From a phage, in NCBI GenBank assembly GCA_012697465.1, contig GCA_012697465.1_4985.1: a stretch of DNA of 42,429 nucleotides. One strand, 5' to 3'. The position numbers and the translations under genes are program-made. Below the pieces are notes generated by a model. That model did no database searches and was not told the DNA's origin. It saw only the letters and a list, made by a program, of their open reading frames with translations. This document shows positions 33,612 through 42,429 of this stretch, piece after piece. Numbering within the stretch: position 1 is the first letter of the stretch; each line of letters opens with the position of its first letter.

Positions 33612-34514
33612 ATGGCGGGTGCCTTCACAGTTGTAAACTTATCCGAATTACCAGCGCCAAACGTTGTTGAGGCGCTGGACTTTGAAACGATCCTGGCGGC
33701 CATGATTGCCGATTTGCAGGAGCGTGACCCCACATTCACCGCAATGGTTGAATCTGACCCGGCTTATAAAATCCTGGAGGTTTGCGCCTATCGTGAATTG
33801 TTAATCCGTAAGCGCGTCAACGAATCCGCAAAGGCGGTGATGCTGGCTTATGCCACCGGAGCTGACCTCGACCAGCTTGGCGCTAACGTTGGAGTTCAGC
33901 GCCTGGTTATCAAGCCAGCAGATGACACCACCGTGCCGCCAACGCCTGCCGTCATGGAAGATGATGACGCTTTCCGCGCACGCATCCAGTTATCACCGGA
34001 GGGATACACCACTGCCGGTTCTGAAGGCAGTTACGTGTTTCACGGCCTGGGGGCAAGTTCTGACGTTAAGGATATTCAGGCGATCAGCCCTACACCTGGC
34101 AAGGTGACCGTTTACGTGTTATCGCGCACCGGCGACGGTACAGCGCCAACGGAAACCATTAACGCAGTAGCCAGCACCCTGAACGGTGAAACCGTGCGCC
34201 CGCTGACCGATGAAGTCACCGTGCTGTCAGCGAACATTGTTGATTACACTATTGACGCAGAACTGACGCTGTACCCCGGCCCGGATTCCAGCGTGGTGCT
34301 GCAATCGGCCATTGACGCCGTGACGGCTTATGCCGAAGCGCAGCGCCGCATCAGTTACGATGTGCCGCTGTCTGGACTTTACCGCGCATTGCATCAGCCA
34401 GGCGTGCAGAACGTGACCCTGAACCAGCCAACGGCATCGCTGGTGCTTGGTGAGGGGCAGGCCAGCTACTGCACAAACATCAACGTGACCCTGGCGGATA
34501 CAACTGATGTCTGA
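33612..34514 (+). CDS. Baseplate assembly protein J (P2 gpJ-like)
   Basis: 300 aa, colinear with the gpJ family; follows gpW. Confidence 0.8.
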   Translation: MAGAFTVVNLSELPAPNVVEALDFETILAAMIADLQERDPTFTAMVESDPAYKILEVCAYRELLIRKRVNESAKAVMLAYATGADLDQLGANVGVQRLVIKPADDTTVPPTPAVMEDDDAFRARIQLSPEGYTTAGSEGSYVFHGLGASSDVKDIQAISPTPGKVTVYVLSRTGDGTAPTETINAVASTLNGETVRPLTDEVTVLSANIVDYTIDAELTLYPGPDSSVVLQSAIDAVTAYAEAQRRISYDVPLSGLYRALHQPGVQNVTLNQPTASLVLGEGQASYCTNINVTLADTTDV

Positions 34515-35094
34515 TTTATTGCCTTATAACGCCACAGACCATGAACGCGCACTGGCCAACACCATAGCGCGCATCAGTGATGTGCCGGTGCTTGTTCGTG
34601 AAGTCTGGAACCCCGACACTGCGCCAGCATCCGTTCTTCCCTGGCTGGCGTGGGCTTTCAGCGTTGATGATTGGGATGCGAACTGGACCGACGCGCAAAA
34701 GCGCAACGTCATTAAGCAGTCAGTATATTCGCAGCGCATTAAGGGAACCATCGGTGCTGTTACGCGCCAGCTTGCTGCGCTTGGCTACACCATCCAGATT
34801 CTTGAATGGTGGCAGCAAGTGCCGGAAGGGCAGCCGTACACGTTTGATGTTTACATCACCGCCAGTCAGTACCCGCTGACAAAGCGCGATTACAACAAGG
34901 TTATGGAAGTCATAGACACCAACAAAAACCTGCGTTCGCATATGGGTATAGTTACGATTGTTGCACAATCATTGTCGAATGTAACTTGCGCCACAGTTTC
35001 AGCGTTAGGAGCTGAAATTTCGGTGACAAATTACGGATACGTTCCGGCAGCCGTGAACGATTACGCACTAATGAACAACACGATAAGGGTTTAA
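34507..35094 (+). CDS. Tail protein I (P2 gpI-like)
   Basis: 195 aa; position and sequence (PWLAWAFSVDDWD...) as for P2 gpI. Confidence 0.75.
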   Translation: MSDLLPYNATDHERALANTIARISDVPVLVREVWNPDTAPASVLPWLAWAFSVDDWDANWTDAQKRNVIKQSVYSQRIKGTIGAVTRQLAALGYTIQILEWWQQVPEGQPYTFDVYITASQYPLTKRDYNKVMEVIDTNKNLRSHMGIVTIVAQSLSNVTCATVSALGAEISVTNYGYVPAAVNDYALMNNTIRV

Positions 35095-35095
35095 C

Positions 35096-37153
35096 GTGGA
35101 ACTGAAAACATATTTCGCGCAAGACCGCGCCGGAAACCTGATTCCAAACGCTACGGTCACTATCTACCTGACCGGCACCAATACGCTGGCGACAGGTCTG
35201 AAAACCGCAACCGATGCGGCATTGTCTAACCCGTTCACCGCCAGCCCTGATGGGAAAATTCAGTTCAAAGCGGCTGACGGCATCTATGACATGCAGATCT
35301 CATACAGCACGCAGATCGGCCCGCGCATCACGATTCAATGTCTTGACCAGGCTGGACAGGTTGCAGCAGCACAGCAGGCTGCAAATGATGCTGTAGCTAT
35401 TAAAGGCGAAATTCAGCAGATCATCAATAACGCAGGCGAACAGTCAACGCTTGTAGTATTGGCGCAACCGGACGGGGCCGACAAAGTTGGTTCGCCTTAC
35501 GGCGGCACTATCTCTAGCGACATGATGCCATCGGTTATCAAAAAAATCGGCACATTCCAAAGTGGAGCATTGATTACAGACAGTTTGCAAGCATTGTACG
35601 ACGCGTCGTCTGGTGACTGGTATATGTACATTGGCGCTATACCTGGCGGCGGCCTCACCGTCCTTGCTGGATCGTCACCTAATTCATCCTGGGTATCCGT
35701 CGGGCTATTGAACGGATCGCCCATTAACAGTATAAAAAACTGGGTTTTGGACGCGTCACTAGCGAATGCCAGTGCAACGACCAGCCGGATAAATTTAATG
35801 CTATCCTCACTGGTTAAACTGAATATCTTTTCGTGCAGGATAAACGATTTTAGCGAGACACATATTAATGGCACCCTGACCTTTAGCGCAGGTATGCGAA
35901 TTATCGGTAATGGGATGTTCAGAAACCCTCTTGTGTATCATGGCACTGGAGATGCGATTGTTTATGACAGCCAAATTTACTTTGAGAATTTTAACCTGAA
36001 GCAAGGCGACGAAGCCTGGACGGGTAGCGCTATCGTTTGCCGTGGTCAGCAAGCATATTGCTCATTCCATAACGTCAATGTTGAAAGGTTCAGATATGGG
36101 CATATCTCGCGATACTCTATCTGGATTAAATACTCCAATGTCCGAATGAAAAACGTGGCTTGTGCGTTCAGATTTTTACGAAACTCTACAGCTACAGATA
36201 AAAATGACCCTATAGCCTCGGGTGGATGGAACCTTAATGGAGGTTGGTTCCATAACGTAATGGATATGAGCCTGGTAACGATAGACGGCTGTGAAGTTGG
36301 CATATGGGGTTCACCTATGTGCGCGGTTATCAATGCCCCAACAGTACAGAATGTTGCGGCCAGGGGCGATGGCACTAACTTAGTTCTTCCCGATGGCATT
36401 GAGCCGTGTGCGATGTATTTACAAGGTGGTACTACCACCACTACTACAAATAGTGCCGTAAACTGGAACCTGCAAATAAATCAGCTTTACATCGAGTGGG
36501 CTAACGCTGGAGTGCTAATAGAGGGTTATAGGCTGTGCAAGATAAGTCTGTTCGCCCAGGGTGGTCCCTCTGCGACAAGGATGAAATTCGCGGTAAAGGC
36601 AACATCAGGTTCCAATGTGATCGTTACTGACATTGTGGGGCAGGACTACTTTGAGTCTTTATTTGTTGCAGATAGTAAGTCCACGATTGAGGTTCAGCGG
36701 CGAGTTGGCCCTATGGTTGGCACCATGTCGTCGGGCGATTCGACGGGATTAATAACGTACAAAGAACAGGACAAAATTTTCAATCTCAATGCAGCCGCAG
36801 GTGTTTCAGGCCGTAAATACCTTATAGCTCCTGTAGAAGCGGGATCGTATGAACTGGAAGTACAAGTAGTAGTGGATGGTATATCTATCGCCGGTGGCAT
36901 ATTTGACATCTCCATAAGGAATAACACTTTATGGGCTAGTGCTTACACATCCCTACAGCCGTTGAGTCTCAATACTACAACGCCAATATATCCTGACGGA
37001 AAAACATCAACCCCTATATCGATAGATGTGTCTGGAGGAAACTTATACTTAATTGTTGGCACGGGACTTAGCTATTCCGCCAGGATAATTTTGAGGAACA
37101 AGGTTAGATGGAATTACTCTTCACCTATAGAGATACCTGATTCCCCAATTTGA
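35096..37153 (+). CDS. Tailspike / tail fibre protein with beta-helix-like C-terminal domain (putative depolymerase/receptor-binding protein)
   Basis: 685 aa, GTG start; conserved fibre-like N-terminus then markedly AT-rich Ser/Thr/Asn/Gly-rich repetitive region. Confidence 0.55.
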   Translation: MELKTYFAQDRAGNLIPNATVTIYLTGTNTLATGLKTATDAALSNPFTASPDGKIQFKAADGIYDMQISYSTQIGPRITIQCLDQAGQVAAAQQAANDAVAIKGEIQQIINNAGEQSTLVVLAQPDGADKVGSPYGGTISSDMMPSVIKKIGTFQSGALITDSLQALYDASSGDWYMYIGAIPGGGLTVLAGSSPNSSWVSVGLLNGSPINSIKNWVLDASLANASATTSRINLMLSSLVKLNIFSCRINDFSETHINGTLTFSAGMRIIGNGMFRNPLVYHGTGDAIVYDSQIYFENFNLKQGDEAWTGSAIVCRGQQAYCSFHNVNVERFRYGHISRYSIWIKYSNVRMKNVACAFRFLRNSTATDKNDPIASGGWNLNGGWFHNVMDMSLVTIDGCEVGIWGSPMCAVINAPTVQNVAARGDGTNLVLPDGIEPCAMYLQGGTTTTTTNSAVNWNLQINQLYIEWANAGVLIEGYRLCKISLFAQGGPSATRMKFAVKATSGSNVIVTDIVGQDYFESLFVADSKSTIEVQRRVGPMVGTMSSGDSTGLITYKEQDKIFNLNAAAGVSGRKYLIAPVEAGSYELEVQVVVDGISIAGGIFDISIRNNTLWASAYTSLQPLSLNTTTPIYPDGKTSTPISIDVSGGNLYLIVGTGLSYSARIILRNKVRWNYSSPIEIPDSPI

Positions 37154-37256
37154 TTTACGGTAGTTGGTGATTTTCTTTCTGTGTCAGCTATCATAATAGA
37201 TAGCCGACACTCCATGATGGCATGGTATTCTTCTTATAATATTATGGAATATAAAA

Positions 37257-38594
37257 ATGGCATACGCAACAATTCATACTAACTACGGCCTGCAACGGTT
37301 AGCGCAGGCCGAAACAACCGGCGTTCCAATCAACCTGATTGAAATGGCTGTGGGTGATGGCAACGGTAACGAAACCACACCGTCACAGTCGCAAACCCAA
37401 CTGGTGCGCGAACGTTTTCGCGCCACCATCAACCGTGTTTATCAGGACGCCAGCGACCCGCTGCGCTTCACGGCTGAATTGATTATTCCGGCCAGTGTCG
37501 GTGGATTCACGCTGCGCGAAGTCGGTGTGTTCGATGATACCGGATCGCTGTTCGTGGTTGGCAACCTGCCATCCACTTACAAGCCGGAAAACGACGAAGG
37601 CGCGTATTCTGACACGGTTGTGCGCGTTGACTTCCTGGTTAGCAATGCCAGTACCATCACGTTGCAGGTTGACCCAAACGTTGTGGTTGTTACGCAGCAG
37701 TGGATCAGCAACAACGTGACTGCGGCGACTATCATTCCTGGCGGTACGACTGGCCAGATTCTGGCGAAGGAATCCAACGCTGATGGCGACTACATTTGGA
37801 AAGACCCGACTGACGCAATTGTTGTGGTTGACACCATCGCGGAGAAACAAACCCTGGCGGCGTCGCAAACCATCGTTGACCTGACTGAAACGATCACCTA
37901 CGGCCTGGCGGTTTACATCGATGGTGTTCGCCTGCCGATGGGTAGCGGTGTTGACGAATGGCAGCCAGACCCTGCAATCACAACCCGCGTTATCCTGGGT
38001 AAATCCTACCCAGATGGATCAGTTTTCCAGGGTGTGAATAACGAACCAGCAGGCAGCGCACCGGCACCGCTGGAACGTGCAAAAAACCTGTCTGATGTTC
38101 AGAGTGCTTCAACATCTCGCACCAACCTGGATGTGTTCAGCAAGGAGGAAACACGACAGATGGCACCTGCTGGTCTGGTGGCTACGTTCGCAAGAAGCAC
38201 CGCGCCAACTGGCTGGCTGAAAGCGAATGGCGCAGCCGTGAGCCGTACCGCATACGCTGACCTGTACGCGGCCATTGGCACGCGATTTGGCGCTGGTGAC
38301 GGCATCAATACGTTCAACCTTCCAGATCTGCGCGGTGAGTTCATTCGCGGATGGGATGATGGCAGGGGCGTTGATTCAGGCCGTGCACTTGGTAGCGCAC
38401 AGGGCCAACTGATTGAGTCGCACGATCACGGAATGGACCCATACAAACAAGTTAACGCAAACATTCTGCAACCTGTCACCGGTGGCGCTGAACTGTCATC
38501 GGTTGGCGTTGGCGGCACGGTACGAACAAAAGCCACCGGCGGTTCCGAAACCCGACCGCGAAACGTTGCATTGCTGTATTGCATTAAATTCTAA
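37257..38594 (+). CDS. Tail fibre protein (P2 gpH-like N-terminus, tail-collar-like C-terminus)
   Basis: N-terminus MAVGDG...AELIIPASVGGF.LREVG..DD.G.L..V.N...SYKP parallels P2 gpH; C-terminus FNLPDLRGEFIRGWDDGRG...R.R.. Confidence 0.75.
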   Translation: MAYATIHTNYGLQRLAQAETTGVPINLIEMAVGDGNGNETTPSQSQTQLVRERFRATINRVYQDASDPLRFTAELIIPASVGGFTLREVGVFDDTGSLFVVGNLPSTYKPENDEGAYSDTVVRVDFLVSNASTITLQVDPNVVVVTQQWISNNVTAATIIPGGTTGQILAKESNADGDYIWKDPTDAIVVVDTIAEKQTLAASQTIVDLTETITYGLAVYIDGVRLPMGSGVDEWQPDPAITTRVILGKSYPDGSVFQGVNNEPAGSAPAPLERAKNLSDVQSASTSRTNLDVFSKEETRQMAPAGLVATFARSTAPTGWLKANGAAVSRTAYADLYAAIGTRFGAGDGINTFNLPDLRGEFIRGWDDGRGVDSGRALGSAQGQLIESHDHGMDPYKQVNANILQPVTGGAELSSVGVGGTVRTKATGGSETRPRNVALLYCIKF

Positions 38595-38603
38595 GGCGGT
38601 ATC

Positions 38604-38885
38604 ATGACCACAAAGATTGTTTATCAGCATGACATAGCCGGAATGTTCACCGGCGAAACGGAAGCCGATGAATCACCACTGGAGCCGGGTGTGTTCCTGA
38701 TTCCGGCGAGATGTGTTGAAGTGGCACCACCAGCATATTCTGGCGACCAGTGGCCGCGCTGGAACGGAGCAAATTGGGAACTGATTAACGCATCACCAGC
38801 AAACGAAAATCAACCTGCCAACCCGGTTGATAAACTTCGGGATTTTCTGATGGCAAATCCTGACGTTGCTGAATTGATTAAGTAA
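38604..38885 (+). CDS. Tail fibre assembly chaperone (putative)
   Basis: 93-aa ORF immediately after the fibre gene; W-rich motif DQWPRWNGANWELI. Confidence 0.45.
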   Translation: MTTKIVYQHDIAGMFTGETEADESPLEPGVFLIPARCVEVAPPAYSGDQWPRWNGANWELINASPANENQPANPVDKLRDFLMANPDVAELIK

Positions 38886-38932
38886 TATTGTGACTAATCA
38901 CATTATTCGCGCCTGGTATTATTGTCGCCTTT

Positions 38933-38955
38933 GCCCGTATCACGCGGGCTTTTTT
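38933..38955 (+). terminator. Rho-independent terminator after the fibre genes
   Basis: GC hairpin GCCCG...CGGGC followed by TTTTTT. Confidence 0.5.
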
Positions 38956-38958
38956 ACG

Positions 38959-38975
38959 GACAAACCCCAAGAAGA
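38959..38975 (+). repeat. 17-bp element GACAAACCCCAAGAAGA, copy 4
   Basis: Exact 17-mer between the terminator and the sheath start (73 nt upstream of the ATG). Confidence 0.7.
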
Positions 38976-39047
38976 AGCCACGCACTGTTCCTGCGACCAT
39001 CACACTGCGAATTTTCACTGTGTGCACAGTCAATAGGAAACCGAATA

Positions 39048-40472
39048 ATGGCAGGTACTGATTTCTTACATGGCGTGGAGGTGCTGGAAATTGATTCCGG
39101 TTCACGCGTCATTCAAACCGTTAAATCCAGCGTCATTGGCATTGTAGGCACAGCGCCGAATGCCGACCCTGACGCATTCCCGATTAACACCCCTACCCTG
39201 ATTGCTGGCAGCCAGCGCGAAGCGGCTAAACTGGACCTACTTGGAACCGGTGAAGGCACCCTGCCAAAAGCACTGGATGCCATCCTGGATCAGATCGGCG
39301 CGGTAGTCATCGTTGTGCGCGTTGAAGAAGGAGACGACGAAGCCGCAACACTGGCCAACATCATGGGAGGTGTTAACTCATCAACCGGCAAATATGAAGG
39401 CGTTCACGCACTGCTTGGCGCTGAATCCGTTGTGGGCTACTCGCCGCGCATTCTGTGCGTGCCTGGCTTCACGCATACCCGCGTTCAGGATGGCGTCACA
39501 GCTATCACCATTGGCAATGGCGGCAGCGGCTACACCACGGCACCGACAGTCACACTGACTGGTGGCGGCGGTTCTGGCGCAACTGCGGAAGCCACTGTGG
39601 TTGGTGGAGTCATCACCAAAATCACCGTCACCAATTCCGGTATGGGTTACACCAGCGCGCCAACCGTAGCCATCACTGGCGGAAACGGCACCGGCGCAAC
39701 TGCAACCGCATCCGTTGGCGTTGCAGCCAATGCCGTGGTTTCTGAACTGCTTGGCATCGCCAACCGCCTGCGTGCTGTCATTATCGCTGACGGCCCTAAC
39801 ACCAACGACGCTGACGCCATCGCCTACCGCAAAGACTTTGGCAGCAAGCGCGTTTATGTGGTTGACCCAAAAGTGCTGGTGCTTGACGAAGATGGAACCA
39901 CGATTACTGATTGGGCATCTCCGCGCGTGGCTGGCCTGATTGCCCGCATCGACAACGAGCGCGGTTTCTGGTGGTCACCATCAAACCAGGAAATCTATGG
40001 AATCCAGGGCACGTCCCGAACCATTGATTTCACCCTGGGTGACACGTCCAGCCGTGCAAACCTGCTGAACGAAAACGAAGTCACCACCATCATTCGCCAG
40101 GATGGTTTCCGCCTGTGGGGAAACCGCACATGTTCCAGCGATCCGAAATGGGCGTTTCTGTGCGTTGTTCGCACGGCTGACATCATCAATGACAGCCTGC
40201 TGCGTGCGCACCTGTGGGCCGTAGACCGTGGCATCACCAAACAATACGTCAATGACGTGATTGAAGGCGTGAACGCGTACCTGCGCAACCTGGTGAGCCT
40301 GGGAGCAATTCTTGGCGGCACGTGTTGGGCTGACCCTGACTTAAATACTGCTGACCAGATCGCTGACGGTAAGGTATACTTTGATTTTGATTTCACGCCT
40401 GTTTATCCGGCTGAACACATTATCTTCCGCAGCCAATTGACCAACGATTATATTAGTGAGGTATTCGAATAA
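39048..40472 (+). CDS. Tail sheath protein (P2 gpFI-like) with inserted tandem-repeat segment
   Basis: Start at the ATG with RBS (track ORF extends upstream from a TTG across non-coding DNA); sheath-like N- and C-terminal regions; insert with two about 24-aa repeats GYT(T/S)APTV..TGG.G.GATA.A.V (about 39528-39719). Confidence 0.8.
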   Translation: MAGTDFLHGVEVLEIDSGSRVIQTVKSSVIGIVGTAPNADPDAFPINTPTLIAGSQREAAKLDLLGTGEGTLPKALDAILDQIGAVVIVVRVEEGDDEAATLANIMGGVNSSTGKYEGVHALLGAESVVGYSPRILCVPGFTHTRVQDGVTAITIGNGGSGYTTAPTVTLTGGGGSGATAEATVVGGVITKITVTNSGMGYTSAPTVAITGGNGTGATATASVGVAANAVVSELLGIANRLRAVIIADGPNTNDADAIAYRKDFGSKRVYVVDPKVLVLDEDGTTITDWASPRVAGLIARIDNERGFWWSPSNQEIYGIQGTSRTIDFTLGDTSSRANLLNENEVTTIIRQDGFRLWGNRTCSSDPKWAFLCVVRTADIINDSLLRAHLWAVDRGITKQYVNDVIEGVNAYLRNLVSLGAILGGTCWADPDLNTADQIADGKVYFDFDFTPVYPAEHIIFRSQLTNDYISEVFE

Positions 40473-40978
40473 TGGCCGCACGTGACGTTTTGAAAAACAT
40501 CAACTTATTTGTTGATGGCCGTGGTTACGCGGGCCAGGTGGAGAGCGTCACGCCGCCCACCTTAACCCTGCAAACCGAAGAATTCCGCGCAGGCGGCATG
40601 GACGCGCCCATTGATGTGACGTTGGGCATGGAAAAGCTGGAAGCCAGCTTTGCGCTGCGTGCTTATGATTCTGACGTGCTGGCGCTGTTTGGCCTGTCAG
40701 AAGGTGCAAGCGTTCCGCTGACGTTTCGCGGCGCGCTGGAATCCTATGACGGCAGCGTGAAAGCTGTTGTCATGAACATGCGCGGCAAAATCACCAGCAT
40801 GGAGCCAGGAACCTGGACGCCTGGGGAACTAAGTTCCCTTAACGTCACTGTCAGCCTGAACTACTTCAAGCAGCAGCATGACGGGCGAGCCATCCACGAA
40901 ATCGACGTGGAAAACATGGTGCGCATCATCAACGGTGTAGACACCCTGGCTGCCATCCGTTCTGCGCTGGCGATGTAA
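40472..40978 (+). CDS. Tail tube protein (P2 gpFII-like)
   Basis: 168 aa, directly after sheath with overlapping start and stop; tube-family sequence. Confidence 0.8.
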   Translation: MAARDVLKNINLFVDGRGYAGQVESVTPPTLTLQTEEFRAGGMDAPIDVTLGMEKLEASFALRAYDSDVLALFGLSEGASVPLTFRGALESYDGSVKAVVMNMRGKITSMEPGTWTPGELSSLNVTVSLNYFKQQHDGRAIHEIDVENMVRIINGVDTLAAIRSALAM

Positions 40979-41038
40979 TTTTTACGGCCAGTCATTTGGC
41001 TGGCCATTTTCAACAATCATTGTTTAAGGCGATAAGAA

Positions 41039-41323
41039 ATGGCTAAATTACCTGATTACCTGAAATTCAACCACGAAACCGGCCACTGTGACATCACCCT
41101 GTCACGACCGCTGAAAATCGCAGGCGTTGACGTTTCCGTGCTGCGTATGCGTGAACCCACCGTGGCTGACCAGGAAATTGCAAGCGACATGGGCGGCAGC
41201 GATGCTGCGCGCGAAATCCAGACGTTTGCCAACCTGTGTGAACAGGCACCTGATGACATCCGCCGCCTGCCGCTGAAAGACTATAAGCGCCTACAGGCTG
41301 CCTACGTAAATTTTATCGACTAA
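41039..41323 (+). CDS. Tail assembly chaperone (P2 gpE-like)
   Basis: 94 aa, between tube and tape measure; ends with slippery heptamer A AAT TTT. Confidence 0.65.
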   Translation: MAKLPDYLKFNHETGHCDITLSRPLKIAGVDVSVLRMREPTVADQEIASDMGGSDAAREIQTFANLCEQAPDDIRRLPLKDYKRLQAAYVNFID

Positions 41324-41448
41324 GCCCGGAATACATCCGCGCGGGCGCTTTGGCACTTGCCAGCCACACCGGCTGGCAACTGTCAGAGATTCAACGGTTG
41401 CGGGTTTCCCGCTTTGTCTGGTGGTTGGAAGGATTGCCGAAGGCTTAA
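41308..41448 (+). other. Programmed -1 frameshift site (AAATTTT at 41308-41314) and E' extension in the -1 frame to the stop at 41446-41448
   Basis: Canonical X XXY YYZ heptamer in 0-frame phasing near the 3' end of gpE; the -1 frame stays open for 44 further codons and stops 6 nt before the tape-measure start. Confidence 0.55.
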
Positions 41449-41454
41449 AAATAA

Positions 41455-42429
41455 ATGGCAAATAAGAAGCTCAATGCAACGATCACGATAGGCGGGGCAG
41501 TTTCAAGCAGCCTTAAAGGCGCATTCAGCACCGTTAAATCTTCCGTTGACCAGGTTGGCGCAGCAATGGCCAAACTGGAACGCGAACAACGCACACTAAC
41601 CAACGCAATCCAGACGTTTGGGCGCCAGGGCAAAAATGTTGATTCACTGCGCGCCAAATATGCCGCCAACGTTGCTGCGGTGGACAAACTGCGCACGGCT
41701 ACAGAACGCCTGAAACGCGTGGAGGATGCACGCCAGCGAAATCTTGATAAGCGCGAAGAATACAAAAGCGGCATCATGGGCACCATCGCCCTGGGTGCCA
41801 CTATCGCCGCACCGGTCAAAGCCGCGATTGATTTTGAATCCACGATGGCTGACGTGAAAAAGGTTGTTGATTTCGACACGCCTGACGGATTCAAAAAGAT
41901 GGGGCAGGACATTATCAACATGTCAAAAGTTCTGCCGATGACAGCCAACGACATTGGCAAGATCGTTGCCGCTGGTGGTCAGTCTGGCATTGCAGCCAAA
42001 GAACTGATGACGTTTGCGGAATCAGCCATCAAAATGGGCGTGGCGTTCGACATCACCGCTGACCAGGCAGGCCAGGCGATGGCAGAGATGCGCTCTGCGT
42101 TCAAGATGAACCAGCAACAGGTTGTCGTCCTGGCTGACAAAATAAACTACCTGGGCAATAACACTGCCGCATCAGCCAAAGACATCATGGAGATCGTTCA
42201 GCGCATCGGGCCACTTGGCGAGGTTGCTGGTACTGCTTCCGGTGAGATTGCCGCACTTGGTGCGACACTGCGCGGCATGGGTGTGCAAAACGAGATTGCC
42301 GCCACTGGTATCAAAAACCTGATGCTGTCACTGACAGCTGGTAAAGCTGCGACCAAATCGCAGCGCGAAGCATTCGCACGGCTTGGCTATTCCTCAACAG
42401 CAGTTGCAAAATCCATGCAACTGGACTCC
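41455..42429 (+). CDS. Tail tape measure protein, N-terminal part (runs off the right edge)
   Basis: ATG at 41455 with the ORF open to the last base (325 codons); sequence (MANKKLNATITIGGA...VAAGGQSGIAAKEL...) resembles tape-measure N-termini; absent from the track only because it has no stop. Confidence 0.75.
   Translation, partial: MANKKLNATITIGGAVSSSLKGAFSTVKSSVDQVGAAMAKLEREQRTLTNAIQTFGRQGKNVDSLRAKYAANVAAVDKLRTATERLKRVEDARQRNLDKREEYKSGIMGTIALGATIAAPVKAAIDFESTMADVKKVVDFDTPDGFKKMGQDIINMSKVLPMTANDIGKIVAAGGQSGIAAKELMTFAESAIKMGVAFDITADQAGQAMAEMRSAFKMNQQQVVVLADKINYLGNNTAASAKDIMEIVQRIGPLGEVAGTASGEIAALGATLRGMGVQNEIAATGIKNLMLSLTAGKAATKSQREAFARLGYSSTAVAKSMQLDS

Noticed and set aside
38889-38902. 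CRP-like palindrome TGTGA-N4-TCACA after the fibre chaperone gene
   Set aside because: The spacer is 4 bp rather than the 6 bp required for CRP sites; kept only as an unexplained palindrome.
38922-39047. N-terminal extension of the sheath ORF from a TTG start
   Set aside because: The extension runs across the terminator and 17-bp element; an ATG with a proper RBS at 39048 gives a sheath N-terminus consistent with homologues.
100-41960. Many antisense or out-of-frame ORFs in the six-frame track (for example 100-360 minus, 324-797 plus, 4501-4992 minus, 5778-6245 minus, 28830-29381 minus, 32809-33234 minus, 41445-41960 minus)
   Set aside because: They lie entirely within or opposite long ORFs that have recognisable protein motifs and coherent operon structure; their translations are low-complexity, Arg/Cys/Trp-rich products typical of non-coding frames in GC-rich coding DNA.

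Overview
The window reads as one compact, almost entirely coding temperate-phage genome. It starts inside the 3' part of a tail tape-measure gene and ends inside the 5' part of the same kind of gene in a compatible frame, so it is most simply a circularly permuted phage or tandem-prophage unit of about 42.4 kb. Gene order: P2-type tail end (T, U, X, D); a 2.3 kb accessory locus (unknown 248-aa protein, ParB/Srx-like protein, two small proteins); a minus-strand tRNA-Arg(UCU); a P4-type tyrosine integrase; a leftward early operon (PD-(D/E)XK exonuclease, Sak4-like ATPase, SSB, TraR-like zinc finger, SprT-like metalloprotease); a rightward replication block (SF2 helicase, VRR-NUC nuclease, compact C5-methyltransferase-like protein, PriCT/Toprim/VirE primase); AP2-like and Mor-like regulators; a lysis cassette (holin, lambda R-like endolysin, Rz/Rz1); lambda-type packaging and head genes (Nu1-like, HNH insert, GpA terminase, portal, protease-scaffold-capsid fusion, FII-like); and a P2-type baseplate and contractile tail module with an extra AT-rich tailspike. 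The most unusual signals are an exact 17-bp element repeated four times through the late region, a roughly 280-bp iteron-like array of about 11 copies of TGGGACTATCT, a 40-bp conserved promoter-like element upstream of two unknown genes, and exact 16-bp direct repeats bracketing the accessory locus plus tRNA. No CRISPR array, rRNA or transposase was seen. All protein-family calls are from reading the translations without any database search. CDS coordinates follow the supplied ORF track; short motifs were located by hand and may be off by 1-2 nt.
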